Both the position numbers and the translations under genes were made by a program. DNA of 55,419 nt from a virus. Lineage: Duplodnaviria; Caudoviricetes. The notes beneath the pieces are model-generated. The model was not told the DNA's origin. It made no database searches and saw nothing but the letters and a program-made list of their open reading frames with translations. Shown here piece after piece: positions 35,786-44,986 of the stretch. Location of the stretch: positions 1-55,419 of the IMG/VR virus record IMGVR_UViG_3300010397_000014. One strand, given 5' to 3'. The stretch's first letter is position 1. Every line of letters starts with the position of its first letter.

Positions 35786-36169
35786 CTATTGCACCATGTT
35801 CGCCGCGGCCATCGAAAAGGCCAGCGGCTTGGGGGTGAAGCGTTCGGGCGCGCCGGCTTGCCGCGCCATCAGGACGGGCCGAAGCTGGATCAGCTCGAAC
35901 CCGAAGCGGCCATACCATTCCTGCAATTGGTCCGCGTCCATGCCGATCACGTCATAGGGCTTTGGCATGATCAGCAGCACCTTGCCCGCGGCATCGGCCT
36001 CCGCGCAGACCTTTTGCATCAGCATCGAGGCATAGCCCTGCCGGCGGTGCTGTTCCGGGACGATCAGGTGCGACAACTCCAGCAGCCCGCCGCGCATGTG
36101 CGCCGGGATCGTCGTGTTGAACGACAGCCGCAGGGACGCGGGGCCGTGCATTCTGGTGCCGGGTTTCAT
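35786..36169 (-). CDS. GNAT-family acetyltransferase
   Basis: VPEQHRRQGYAS (acetyl-CoA motif A); WYGRFGF. Confidence 0.8.
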   Translation of the reverse strand: MKPGTRMHGPASLRLSFNTTIPAHMRGGLLELSHLIVPEQHRRQGYASMLMQKVCAEADAAGKVLLIMPKPYDVIGMDADQLQEWYGRFGFELIQLRPVLMARQAGAPERFTPKPLAFSMAAANMVQ

Positions 36170-37488
36170 GCCATCCATCCTTGGTCTCCCAGATAGCCGC
36201 CATCGTTGGCCGACTGCTTCGGCTTCTTGACAGTCGGCTCTTCGTAGGCCACACACATCAGCCCGAATGCATCGGCGCCGTGGCTGGACCAGTCATGCTC
36301 GGGACCGAGCCCGATATTCCGGGTCTCGTCCTTTTTCTCGTGATACCAGCCCAGTGCCGAGCGCCCGGCTTCGGTGCTTTCGGCGTCGAACCAGATGCTC
36401 GGGAACATGCGCCGGCCAGCCTCAATACGGGCCTTGGCGGCGCCTTTGCCCTGGTTCGGGACAACCTTGACTTTGTAGCCGACCGCCTTCAGCGCCGATT
36501 CGTAGGACACCGCGAACACCTTGTCCTGCGTGGCGCCGTCATGCGGGAGCCAGAACTGAGCCCGATCGGGCGTGTAGCCCTTGTCGCGCAGCCAACGCAA
36601 ATGCGCCTCCAGCGGCTGCCCAACGGCCTCGTAATAGTCCCGGGTCCGAATTTCCTTGCCGATAAACTGCGCCGGCCACATCGAAAACGCATCCGCTCTG
36701 GCGCCGGTCCCGCCGATGTCCACGAACAGCCGGATCGTCATCAGCGGATCGAATGGAACGCGGGAAATGCGCCCTTCAGCCTTGGCCTTGGTCAGGCTCG
36801 CCGCGTAGTAGGCGCCCTCAACGACCGTGAGGTAAGCGCCTTCCCAGATGTACTCGTAGCTGTCGGGCCGCTCGGCCAGGTCTTTCTGCCGCAGGCGCTC
36901 GAGGATGGCCGGGAACCAGGGGTTATCCCGCCAGTTCATCTCCACGACCTTGTAGCGCGGGTCGTTAGCGGCCTTGAAGCGCTTATCGGTGGCGCTGCCC
37001 TTGCGCTTCGGGTTCCACGTCACCCACAGCTCGCTGTCCTCTTCACGCAGCGACGGCAGCAGGATCGCCCAAGCATCCTCGGTAACCGGCTCGCCCTCAT
37101 CCACCCAGCACAGCAGGATCCGGCTCTTGGACTTGATGCTTTCGATACTGCGGTCCAGGCCCGCAAAGGAGTACGAAATCCGCCCGTCCTTGGTGCGGAT
37201 GTACTTCTCGCCGATGTCGAAGTGCTCGGCCAGCCATGGCTCCGATCGGATTGCCGCCTTGACCTCCTCCAGGCTGGAGTCCTCCAGCGAATTCATGAAC
37301 TGCCGGCCGCACAGGATGATCCCCTCGCGTCCCGCCTTGCTCCAGATATAGGCGCGAACCGCCGTCATCTTGGCGAAGCTGCGCGTCTTGGCAGATCCGC
37401 GCCCGCCGTAGGCCCCCCTTACATCCGCCTCCCCGTCAAAAACAGGGATCAGCTTGGGTGGGAGTTCAAGCCGTACTGTCGCAGCCAT
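36166..37488 (-). CDS. terL: terminase large subunit (PBSX-like)
   Basis: YGGRGSAKT, WVDEGE, HDWSSHGADAF. Confidence 0.95.
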   Translation of the reverse strand: MAATVRLELPPKLIPVFDGEADVRGAYGGRGSAKTRSFAKMTAVRAYIWSKAGREGIILCGRQFMNSLEDSSLEEVKAAIRSEPWLAEHFDIGEKYIRTKDGRISYSFAGLDRSIESIKSKSRILLCWVDEGEPVTEDAWAILLPSLREEDSELWVTWNPKRKGSATDKRFKAANDPRYKVVEMNWRDNPWFPAILERLRQKDLAERPDSYEYIWEGAYLTVVEGAYYAASLTKAKAEGRISRVPFDPLMTIRLFVDIGGTGARADAFSMWPAQFIGKEIRTRDYYEAVGQPLEAHLRWLRDKGYTPDRAQFWLPHDGATQDKVFAVSYESALKAVGYKVKVVPNQGKGAAKARIEAGRRMFPSIWFDAESTEAGRSALGWYHEKKDETRNIGLGPEHDWSSHGADAFGLMCVAYEEPTVKKPKQSANDGGYLGDQGWMA

Positions 37489-37851
37489 TCAATGCGGCGC
37501 GACGAGCTCAATGCGGCTCACGGTCTCGACTGGCCCGCCGCCCGGTCCTGTGTGCTCAATGGCGTTCAGGCGCGGATGCATGTACGGCGCCGCATCCTTG
37601 GCCACGTCGGCGGCCTGGGCCATCAGCCGCAGTTTAAGCCCGGCGTCCTTTTCCTTTTTCGCCTGCTTGGCGAATGCCCACATCGAAGCCAGCATGATCT
37701 CCAGGGGAGTGACGCCGGTTGCGGCGGCCCGATCTGCGATCTCGCGAGTCTTCTTGGTGGCAGAGCCTACTTTTCGCCCAGCATTGGCACGCTTTCCGCC
37801 GCGCCCGTTTGATTTCTTTGATTGCGATTGATTCTTTTCGATTGAGGCCAT
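37489..37851 (-). CDS. terS: terminase small subunit
   Basis: GGKRANAGRKVG...AAPYMHPRL..IEHTGPGGGP; abuts terL. Confidence 0.8.
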   Translation of the reverse strand: MASIEKNQSQSKKSNGRGGKRANAGRKVGSATKKTREIADRAAATGVTPLEIMLASMWAFAKQAKKEKDAGLKLRLMAQAADVAKDAAPYMHPRLNAIEHTGPGGGPVETVSRIELVAPH

Positions 37852-37925
37852 GTCAGTCCTCGCTCACTTATCACTGCACCTTGCGGCGCGACACCGGAGA
37901 ACTGCCGGCTCAGTTTGTGGGGGAA

Positions 37926-38159
37926 TTACCCCGGAGTGCCGCGCTGCTGCATCTGCTGGAATTGCTCCGGCGACAGCGGCTGTTGGCCCATTGCCTGCGC
38001 TTCCTGCACGTGCAGCTTGTAGGCCCGCCCGTTGATGTCCGCGGCGGCGTTGGAGGCCATGCCGGAGCCCAGGAGGGCGAGCCGGTTCTGCGGCAGCAGG
38101 CGCCCAATCAGGGCCTGCATCAAGCCGTTGGGCAGCGTCGGTTGGATCGGGTCGGCCAT
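37926..38159 (-). CDS. hypothetical protein
   Basis: TAATG coupling to the upstream gene. Confidence 0.6.
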   Translation of the reverse strand: MADPIQPTLPNGLMQALIGRLLPQNRLALLGSGMASNAAADINGRAYKLHVQEAQAMGQQPLSPEQFQQMQQRGTPG

Positions 38160-38449
38160 TACTGCCCGCTGTAGCTGTTGAAAAGCTTCACCGCCAGCGG
38201 CTTGGCGATCTGGGCGTTGAAACGGTCCAGCGCCCAGGTCAGGGCCTCGGCCGGGAAATCCACCTCGGCGCGGCGCTTGCCGGCGTACTGCACTTCCAGG
38301 TGCTTGGGATCGTCCCCGGTCAGGGTCATCTGGAACCGGTCGTCCAGCGCGGAGGGTTTGTGCTTGGCGGTGGAGGGACGCCCGATCGAAGCCACTTCGG
38401 CGAACTCGCGCAGGACTTCGGCGCGGATCATGGCTTCGGTGATTTCCAT
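38159..38449 (-). CDS. hypothetical protein
   Basis: AAGGA RBS then ATG at 38449. Confidence 0.65.
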   Translation of the reverse strand: MEITEAMIRAEVLREFAEVASIGRPSTAKHKPSALDDRFQMTLTGDDPKHLEVQYAGKRRAEVDFPAEALTWALDRFNAQIAKPLAVKLFNSYSGQ

Positions 38450-38660
38450 TCGGCTTCCTTCAAAATTGGTCCGGCTCGGCGCCCAGCCGCCCGGAGGGAG
38501 ATACGGGCTGGTGCTGGGCGTCGTCCGGTGGCTGAAGGTTTGCCCACCTAACAGCTGGGGGCCGCCTTGCCTTCGCGGAACCATTGCGGCCGGCGTTAGT
38601 TGTTTGGCGGGTTTAGTGGTAATTCAGAGAAATTCAGCCTATTTGGCTACTGCGCGCCGG

Positions 38661-39110
38661 TTAGGCTTCTACACGCGGCTGCGCTTGCTGCATCACCGCC
38701 AGCGGCGGCAGGCCAAGTGGCTGCCAGCAGCCTGCTGGCGTTACTTCTGCCCGAGCCTTGGCGATCGGATCGGTCAGCTCGCGGGCGAAGATGCGGAACT
38801 CCACGCCAAAGTGATCCATCAGCTCGCGGCAGTACGCCTCAGCCTGCTCGCGCTCGTTGGCGTAATAGACCTTCACATCAACATCGAAGCTGCGCTGCAC
38901 AATGGCGTACTTCATCGGCTTGGGCAGCGCGTTGCGCAGCGCTGCGGCCATTTGCTCGGCCTGCGCCTCGTTGTCAAACTCGCCCAGCGTCTCAAGGCTG
39001 CTGCGCGGGCCGTCAGCGTATTTCTGGCCGACTGGCAGCGTTTGGCGCTCCGTGTGGCGCGTGACGATATGACGGACCACCGGGCGCACCCGGATCTCAA
39101 CTTTTTCCAT
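38661..39110 (-). CDS. hypothetical protein
   Basis: AAAGG RBS; MEKVEIRVRPVVRHIVTR. Confidence 0.65.
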   Translation of the reverse strand: MEKVEIRVRPVVRHIVTRHTERQTLPVGQKYADGPRSSLETLGEFDNEAQAEQMAAALRNALPKPMKYAIVQRSFDVDVKVYYANEREQAEAYCRELMDHFGVEFRIFARELTDPIAKARAEVTPAGCWQPLGLPPLAVMQQAQPRVEA

Positions 39111-39360
39111 GATTGCCTTTCTCTGCCGCCTCAGCGGCATTCCCGGCAAAGGGTTGCACAACCATCCGGGCCGGGGCCAGGTGGTCACGCTTTGGGCTGA
39201 ATGCCCTTTAGGGTCCGGCGGCCGGCAAGTACCGGGGCAGCGGGCGATTGACCGGAAATGTCGCAAACCTGCAACTGCGCATTGAGCGCGCCGGTTTCGT
39301 TCCGCTGGCGTTTCGCGCCGAATGGGGGTGCGGCCTTGCGGGGCCGCGAATGGGGTGGAA

Positions 39361-40137
39361 TTAGGGCGCTCTGTGTTCTGTCCAGGCCGCCGAAAATGAC
39401 GATGCGCGCTCGGCGCGAGCTTCTCTTTCCTCGAAGTCGGCTATTTGCAAGCCAAGACGGCGGGAAACGTCTTCAATCTTAGGGCGGTCCCTTGTTTCGA
39501 CCGCATGAACTGGCCGCGCGGGGAAACTCAGATTGACCAAAATCCCCTTGCCGCCCGCCTCAAACTTTGTGCCGAAGAAGTAGATCAGCTTCGACTCGAT
39601 TTCCAGGGCTTCGCGCTCAGTCAGGTTTTCGCGCACCAAGCAGACGATTTCGCTGGCGGCAACGCCTTGGCGCTTCAAGTGCCTTAGCTGGACGCCGTGC
39701 CCTTCGTTTCGGTTCAAGTCCCAGGCGCGGTCCCCACAGCCCTTGCCGATGTAAAACGGCGTACCCGGCATATGGAGCTGATAGCCGCCGATTTTCTTGA
39801 TGGGCGCCTTCTTGGGGTCGACATGGGCGTAGACGTAAAAGCGTCGATCTTCACTTCCAGCAGGAAAGAGATCGCTCCAGTCCTGCTCCATCAAGGCGTC
39901 CAACTCACGGAGACGAAAGCGCCAGCCCTTGGCCTCCTTCAGTTCCTTGTTACGCCTCCCAAACAAGCCGCCCCCAATTTCGCGGGTATCCGGCCCAACG
40001 CCCACATGACCGCGGCGGTCCAATTCCTTGCAGATTTGGTCGCGCATCAAAAGGAGGATTTCGGTCGGCAGGCTCTTACAGGGGAGCTTGCCAAATTCGG
40101 AAAAGCTCACTTGAGCCTCCGTTTCTTGTAGAGACAC
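39361..40137 (-). CDS. GIY-YIG (LEM-3-like) endonuclease
   Basis: FYVYAHVDP...PFYIGKGCGDR...EALEIESKLI...LVN. Confidence 0.8.
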   Translation of the reverse strand: MSLQETEAQVSFSEFGKLPCKSLPTEILLLMRDQICKELDRRGHVGVGPDTREIGGGLFGRRNKELKEAKGWRFRLRELDALMEQDWSDLFPAGSEDRRFYVYAHVDPKKAPIKKIGGYQLHMPGTPFYIGKGCGDRAWDLNRNEGHGVQLRHLKRQGVAASEIVCLVRENLTEREALEIESKLIYFFGTKFEAGGKGILVNLSFPARPVHAVETRDRPKIEDVSRRLGLQIADFEEREARAERASSFSAAWTEHRAP

Positions 40138-40255
40138 CCATCCAACTCTGGTTGGGCCCGACTTTGTCTTGTAACCGGCTCACCCGGCCTATATACAGGT
40201 GCAGCGGTTGTAACACATCAATGCTATCAAGTCCATAGCGCCAATTTGATCTTCG

Positions 40256-40852
40256 TCAAATGTCCAACTTGGGCGCCAGCGCTTTCATCGCCGCGGCCCC
40301 TGCAACCGATGAAGCCTTTTCCATCTCGGCCACCATCCACCGCGCCAGATCGCGCCGCCCGGGGCTGTCGTTGTCCGGGTCTATCGCGTCCTCAAGCGAC
40401 ACCTTGCCGAGCCCCTGGCAAGGCTTGCAGACGCGATCTCCCAGCGTCGGTGTGCCGGGTATCAGCTCATAGCCATGACCGCCGCAAACCGGGCAGGCCG
40501 AGTCCCGGTGCCACTGTAGGCAGATCCAAGCCATATCCCATGTTTCCAGCCGCGTAACCTTCAGCTTGATCTTCCAGCTGCGGTCAAACGCCAAGTCGGC
40601 CAGCAATCCGACGATCTGGCGCACCGCCGACTCATCCCCGGCGAACAGGCGCTCAAGCGGTACGGCCAGCGGAACCGGGCGAATCGGCGTACTCTCACCG
40701 CGCGCCGTGGGAATGAACCCCTGCTCCAGCCTGCGCGCCGCGAGTCCGTAGGCCCCGAGAACATCGCTGTCGCTCATCGTGGTTCGCTCGTCCACCGCGA
40801 GGCTGCGCGCGTTCACCGCCGATGAATATCGCTCCGTCAAAATCGTTGCCAT
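40256..40852 (-). CDS. late-gene antiterminator, Q-like
   Basis: CPVCGGHG...CKPCQGLG zinc finger; last early gene before the late operon. Confidence 0.7.
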   Translation of the reverse strand: MATILTERYSSAVNARSLAVDERTTMSDSDVLGAYGLAARRLEQGFIPTARGESTPIRPVPLAVPLERLFAGDESAVRQIVGLLADLAFDRSWKIKLKVTRLETWDMAWICLQWHRDSACPVCGGHGYELIPGTPTLGDRVCKPCQGLGKVSLEDAIDPDNDSPGRRDLARWMVAEMEKASSVAGAAAMKALAPKLDI

Positions 40853-40945
40853 TGTTGTGCTCCAGATTGATAATCCCAACTGTTCGAGGGTTGGGGCAGT
40901 AATCTGGAGCGGGCTGGCGTTGGTAGCGCTGGCCCGTTTCGCTTT

Positions 40946-41284
40946 TCAGACTTCCAGCCGGCGATTCAGGCTCGACAAGCGGGCGCCAATAGTTGCGGCA
41001 TGGCTGGCGAATTGCTGCATCTGCGTGCCCATGCCCGTCTGCGCTGCCGCGGTAACCGCACAATCTTTCCCGGGTGACGGCGGATCGGCGCTGGTAAACC
41101 CAGACAGCTTGTTTTCCAGCATGTTGAGTAGTTCGCTGCACATGCCGAGGTTCTTTTCCAGCTCCTCCATGTAGCGCGGGATTTCCGGCCGGCGAACCTG
41201 TTCCGTTTGGGCGTACTGGCCCTTTGCCGCGTAGTCGTTTGCGAATCCGCCGGCCGCGCCGATCATTTGTCCACCGTTGTTCAT
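40946..41284 (-). CDS. hypothetical coiled-coil protein
   Basis: AGGAG RBS. Confidence 0.65.
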   Translation of the reverse strand: MNNGGQMIGAAGGFANDYAAKGQYAQTEQVRRPEIPRYMEELEKNLGMCSELLNMLENKLSGFTSADPPSPGKDCAVTAAAQTGMGTQMQQFASHAATIGARLSSLNRRLEV

Positions 41285-41299
41285 CGTCTTTCTCCTAAC

Positions 41300-41566
41300 C
41301 TAAGTTGATTGCAGCCATGCGGGCTGCGCGCTTTCGATTTCAGCTTTTCTCTCGTAGCGATCCCACATCAGAGCGGAGAGCACGCGGTTAGACTGGCCCA
41401 TGCGCTTTCGAGCAGATGCCAGCTCACTCTCAATGGTGGTCAACAGCAGCCCGGTTTCTGCGGCGATCCTCTTGTTGCAGCCGTGCCTCACCAGAGCGGA
41501 CATGACGCGGCGCTCAGAGGGACGCAGGTTCCAGGGGTCGGCGGGGATTGGCGGGTTGGTGGTCAT
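41300..41566 (-). CDS. LuxR-type HTH protein
   Basis: LRPSERRVM...GCNKRIAAETGL...TIE..L..ARKRMG..NR. Confidence 0.75.
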   Translation of the reverse strand: MTTNPPIPADPWNLRPSERRVMSALVRHGCNKRIAAETGLLLTTIESELASARKRMGQSNRVLSALMWDRYERKAEIESAQPAWLQST

Positions 41567-41853
41567 GCTCTTAATGCCCATTCCAGCGTGTTTGCAAACC
41601 CTCTCTCAGGTCTTTCAGGGATGACCCACACCTGCACCGGAAGCGGCTGCGAGCACCATGCTTCGATCAGCGCTTTACCGCGCTCGGTTGTTTCGTAAGA
41701 CGAGGTGTATTTGCTTTCTTCCAGCCGCTGGCGAAGTAGGCCGTTCTCCAGAAACCAGCGAATGCCATCGGCCACCGCTGGCGCCTCTATCCGCTCGTGC
41801 TGGTCGACGCAGCAGTGGTAGTGAATCAAGACTTCGATGTCGCTTGGGCTCAT
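41563..41853 (-). CDS. hypothetical winged-helix protein
   Basis: ENGLL...YETTERGKA; coupled. Confidence 0.6.
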   Translation of the reverse strand: MSPSDIEVLIHYHCCVDQHERIEAPAVADGIRWFLENGLLRQRLEESKYTSSYETTERGKALIEAWCSQPLPVQVWVIPERPERGFANTLEWALRA

Positions 41854-42392
41854 GCTGTCTCTCCTACGGGTGTAGCGTTAAGCTGGTCGAGCGCCCAGCG
41901 CGCGGCGCGCACCTTCCAGAGCTTTTCGGTTCTGCTGCCGGCGATCTCGCGCAAGCGCTCGCGGGTGCGCATCTGCGCCAATCGCATCACGGCAACGCGC
42001 TGCTCCTGCGTTGACTTCGATCCGTCACGCCCGTCCACGTAGTCATGGCACTCGCGCCCAAGGAATGCTCCAGAACTGTCGTTTGCCTTGTAGCCCAGCC
42101 CTTTGTTCTGCGCGCCCTCGTTGGAATGCGCCCAGACCGTCGTATCGGGCTGGCAGCGGCAATTCACCCCGGCGCAGGATTCGCCCTTGGCAAGATCGCG
42201 CAGGGCCTGCAATCGGTCGGCTGGGCGCTTCGGCTGCGCTTGCCCCGCCCCTGTTACTGCATAGGTTCCCCGTGAAACAGTTGGAGCCACATGCGCCGTT
42301 GGCCGATCCTCGCGCGGCACTGCGGGTTCGTGCTTCGCGCGGATTCGGCGGAAGGCTGTCCGCTTCATCGGCTTGCGCTGCTTCAGAGCCAT
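41850..42392 (-). CDS. YbcO/DUF1364-like HNH-type nuclease
   Basis: AKGESC...TTVWAHSN...KGLGYKAND...CHDYVD. Confidence 0.7.
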   Translation of the reverse strand: MALKQRKPMKRTAFRRIRAKHEPAVPREDRPTAHVAPTVSRGTYAVTGAGQAQPKRPADRLQALRDLAKGESCAGVNCRCQPDTTVWAHSNEGAQNKGLGYKANDSSGAFLGRECHDYVDGRDGSKSTQEQRVAVMRLAQMRTRERLREIAGSRTEKLWKVRAARWALDQLNATPVGETA

Positions 42393-42550
42393 CCCATTCC
42401 CCTGATGACGCGCTCGACCACCAGATACCACGCATAGGGCGGGAAAAACACGGCAGCAGTGGTCAGCCAGAAACCAGAGGCAAACACCAGCCCGGCAAGC
42501 CAGGATGTGGCCGCGACAATCGTTAGGAGCGCTTCAGCTAAGTATTTCAT
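42383..42550 (-). CDS. 55-aa membrane protein (MKYLAEALL...FPPYAWYLVVER)
   Basis: Hydrophobic ORF filling the gap; not in the ORF track. Confidence 0.55.
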   Translation of the reverse strand: MKYLAEALLTIVAATSWLAGLVFASGFWLTTAAVFFPPYAWYLVVERVIRGMGWL

Positions 42551-42589
42551 TTGGGCATTGCCGTTCGGTGTCTGCGCTTCTACGGCGGC

Positions 42590-43465
42590 TCAGGCTCGCG
42601 CCAATTCATGCTCGCGCGGGACACGGAATCCGGCCGCCCGCGCGTGGCCGCCCCCGCCGTACGCCTTAGCGATCTCGCTCACGTCCAGGCCTTCAGGCGA
42701 CGAGCGCAGCCCGAAGATGCGATGCTCTGCGGTGTCCCAGTAGCAGGCTGAGAACTTCTCGCCTTGCGCCATCGCGTGACCCGCATCGCTGCCCATCGTG
42801 TAGGGCATGGACGCGGCCGGTACATCATGCCCGCCGATCACCATTCGGCGCTGGCAGACCTTCAGCAGTTCGGCAATGTCCTTGTGGTGCTTGCGCTCAA
42901 TTGCCGCTCCTGCCACGGTCATTTGCAGCAGCTCTACTTGCCCCGCCGACATGAGCTTGTCCCACAGCTCGAAGCTGTATTCGTAGCTGAAGATGTTGGC
43001 TTGAATCTCGCGCGTGTTCGGCAGCTTGAATCGCCACAGGTCGCGGTCCTCTATGTGGCCCAGCAACAGCGGACGCGGCTCGCCGGGAAACAAGAAGTCC
43101 CATGCCAGCGTTGCCCCAGAGCGCTCCAAGTCGGTGAAGGTGCTGAACTTCTCGCTCTCAATGCCAGCGAGGTCTTCCAGCGCGGTTTTGTGGTGGTCGA
43201 TCAGACAGACGTGTGTTGCCTTTTCCAGCATGTCGAGCACGACGGCACGCTTGTAGCTGAAGTCCACCAGATACACGCAGCGGCCGGTCACGTCCGGCGG
43301 GGCATCACTGTAAACGCCTGGGTGGAATTCGACCGAATCGCCGTACTTGTGCCAGAAGCACCATGCGGCGCTGAAACCGTCCGCGCAGTTGCCGTGATAG
43401 ATCACGACGGGTCGAGCCGATATAGCGCCCTCACCCGGACCCGCCGTGGTCAAATGAGCATTCAT
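42590..43465 (-). CDS. DHH/DHHA1 phosphoesterase
   Basis: YHGNCADG, VDFS, IDHH, DRDLW, GGGGHARAAGF. Confidence 0.9.
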   Translation of the reverse strand: MNAHLTTAGPGEGAISARPVVIYHGNCADGFSAAWCFWHKYGDSVEFHPGVYSDAPPDVTGRCVYLVDFSYKRAVVLDMLEKATHVCLIDHHKTALEDLAGIESEKFSTFTDLERSGATLAWDFLFPGEPRPLLLGHIEDRDLWRFKLPNTREIQANIFSYEYSFELWDKLMSAGQVELLQMTVAGAAIERKHHKDIAELLKVCQRRMVIGGHDVPAASMPYTMGSDAGHAMAQGEKFSACYWDTAEHRIFGLRSSPEGLDVSEIAKAYGGGGHARAAGFRVPREHELARA

Positions 43466-43611
43466 TTCTTTCCTTTCTTCGCCTTCTTGGCTGGTTTCTT
43501 CGGTGCCGGCACTTCCGGTTTTGCCTTGGCCGCTTTGGCGCTTTGGTTTGAACCATTCCCATCCACGATTCGCCAGTAATCGGGCTTGCGGGAAGGTTGG
43601 ACGGTTGCCAT
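43462..43611 (-). CDS. small Lys/Ala-rich protein
   Basis: AGGAGG RBS; ATGA coupling. Confidence 0.5.
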   Translation of the reverse strand: MATVQPSRKPDYWRIVDGNGSNQSAKAAKAKPEVPAPKKPAKKAKKGKK

Positions 43612-43612
43612 G

Positions 43613-44140
43613 TCAGTCCTCCTGATTGGGCAAAATCTCGCCCGTTTCCATGTCGATGGTGGTCTTCGCCACTGGCATCGCGCCGCGCCGCATCTCTTCT
43701 TCAACCCATGGCGGGACCGGGAATGTCACGCCGAAGGTGGTTGCCGCATGTGCCCTGATCTGTTCCATGTACTCGCGCATGGCCTTGTTTGACAGCTTCG
43801 TGGTGGACTTCAGCGCGCGGCGGATGCTGGGCCGCTTCTTGCCGGGCATGCGAACCTTGGTGAACTCGTAGCCGAGGAACATCAAGCGGTAGTAATCGTG
43901 CCAACCCTCAGCCGTCGCGCCCATGCCTTCGACCTGGGCCTGTTCGCTGATCGGGCGCAGGACAAAACCCCAATATTCCCGGTTGCGCTGCAAGTCGCGC
44001 GCCTCTTCCAGCGGCATGGCTTCCAGCCACATCGGCTGTCCGCTTTGCAATTCCGTCTTCAGCTCGGGCCACAGGGACACAAGCTGCCGATGCCCTTGCT
44101 CGGGCTCGTACAGGGCGACGGAATAGGTGTGTCCGTTCAC
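43613..44140 (-). CDS. NinB-like recombination protein
   Basis: RDLQRNREYW...WHDYY...STTKLS..M.EYMEQI.A.AA...GV. Confidence 0.7.
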   Translation of the reverse strand: MNGHTYSVALYEPEQGHRQLVSLWPELKTELQSGQPMWLEAMPLEEARDLQRNREYWGFVLRPISEQAQVEGMGATAEGWHDYYRLMFLGYEFTKVRMPGKKRPSIRRALKSTTKLSNKAMREYMEQIRAHAATTFGVTFPVPPWVEEEMRRGAMPVAKTTIDMETGEILPNQED

Positions 44141-44325
44141 GGCAGGAACCCCATGCGCGGCTTTTCCGGCACCTCTACATCCTTGCCGGTGATCTCCTTC
44201 ACCACGGCGTGCAGGCGCTTGATCAGGTCATCCTCGGCCTGCGGCGGCAGCACGCTAGCAGTGCCCGTGCTGTGCACCGGGTAGCTGAATTCGTCGTCAA
44301 GGGTGATCGGCTTGGCCTTGGTCAC
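44137..44325 (-). CDS. hypothetical protein
   Basis: GTGA coupling at both ends. Confidence 0.55.
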   Translation of the reverse strand: MTKAKPITLDDEFSYPVHSTGTASVLPPQAEDDLIKRLHAVVKEITGKDVEVPEKPRMGFLP

Positions 44326-44738
44326 GCCGCCCTCCGCTCGGCGGCGAACCGCTCAAAGTAGAAAACGACGGGCCCTGTGTGCTCAGTGACAAGCCCGAAG
44401 CGCAGCGCGTGGCGATAGGTGGAGTGGTTGTTGCGCATCACCTCGATGGCGCGCTCCATGCCGGTGCGGAACGACTCCACCGACTCGCCGCCCTTGCGGA
44501 TGTTGCAAGGCACGCACGCGGGCATCATGTTGCCGATGTGGTCGCGCTCGGGATGCCACGCCTCGCCGGTCGTGCGCATCGTGGTCGGACGGCCCTCTTC
44601 GCGCACGAACTCAAGTTTTCGCACCACAGGCTCTACGTGGTCGGCGTGCCACTTGTCGCCAAGATCGTGCCCGCAATACGCGCAGCGGCCTCCGAACATT
44701 TCGCGCAATGTCGCGCGCTGAGCCTTGGTGAGTTTCAT
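44322..44738 (-). CDS. HNH endonuclease
   Basis: GRCAYCG...HADHVEP...NMMPACVPCNIRK. Confidence 0.9.
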   Translation of the reverse strand: MKLTKAQRATLREMFGGRCAYCGHDLGDKWHADHVEPVVRKLEFVREEGRPTTMRTTGEAWHPERDHIGNMMPACVPCNIRKGGESVESFRTGMERAIEVMRNNHSTYRHALRFGLVTEHTGPVVFYFERFAAERRAA

Positions 44739-44986
44739 GACCAGACGCCCAGCCTTCTGCGCGCCGCAGCCGCTGCATGCCTTATTCCCAGCATGGCCTC
44801 TACGGATAGCGATTCAATGTGAACCAGAACCCGCTCGCTGGCACTTTGGGCAGCTTGAGCCGTGTCGTAGCCGAACAGATCAACGTCTACCGCCGGGATG
44901 GGCTTTCCTGCCTTGGCAAAACACTTCGGCCCCATACCGTCCACTGCGGGATTCTTGAGGGTGCGATGACAGCGGATGCACCTCAC
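44735..44986 (-). CDS. zinc-finger protein (DUF6011-like)
   Basis: GTG start at 44986; RCIRCHRTL...GMGPKC. Confidence 0.65.
   Translation of the reverse strand: MRCIRCHRTLKNPAVDGMGPKCFAKAGKPIPAVDVDLFGYDTAQAAQSASERVLVHIESLSVEAMLGIRHAAAAARRRLGVWS

Noticed and set aside
40180-40200. LexA box near the late promoter (…TATATACAG)
   Set aside because: Only one half-site; lacks CTG at the correct spacing
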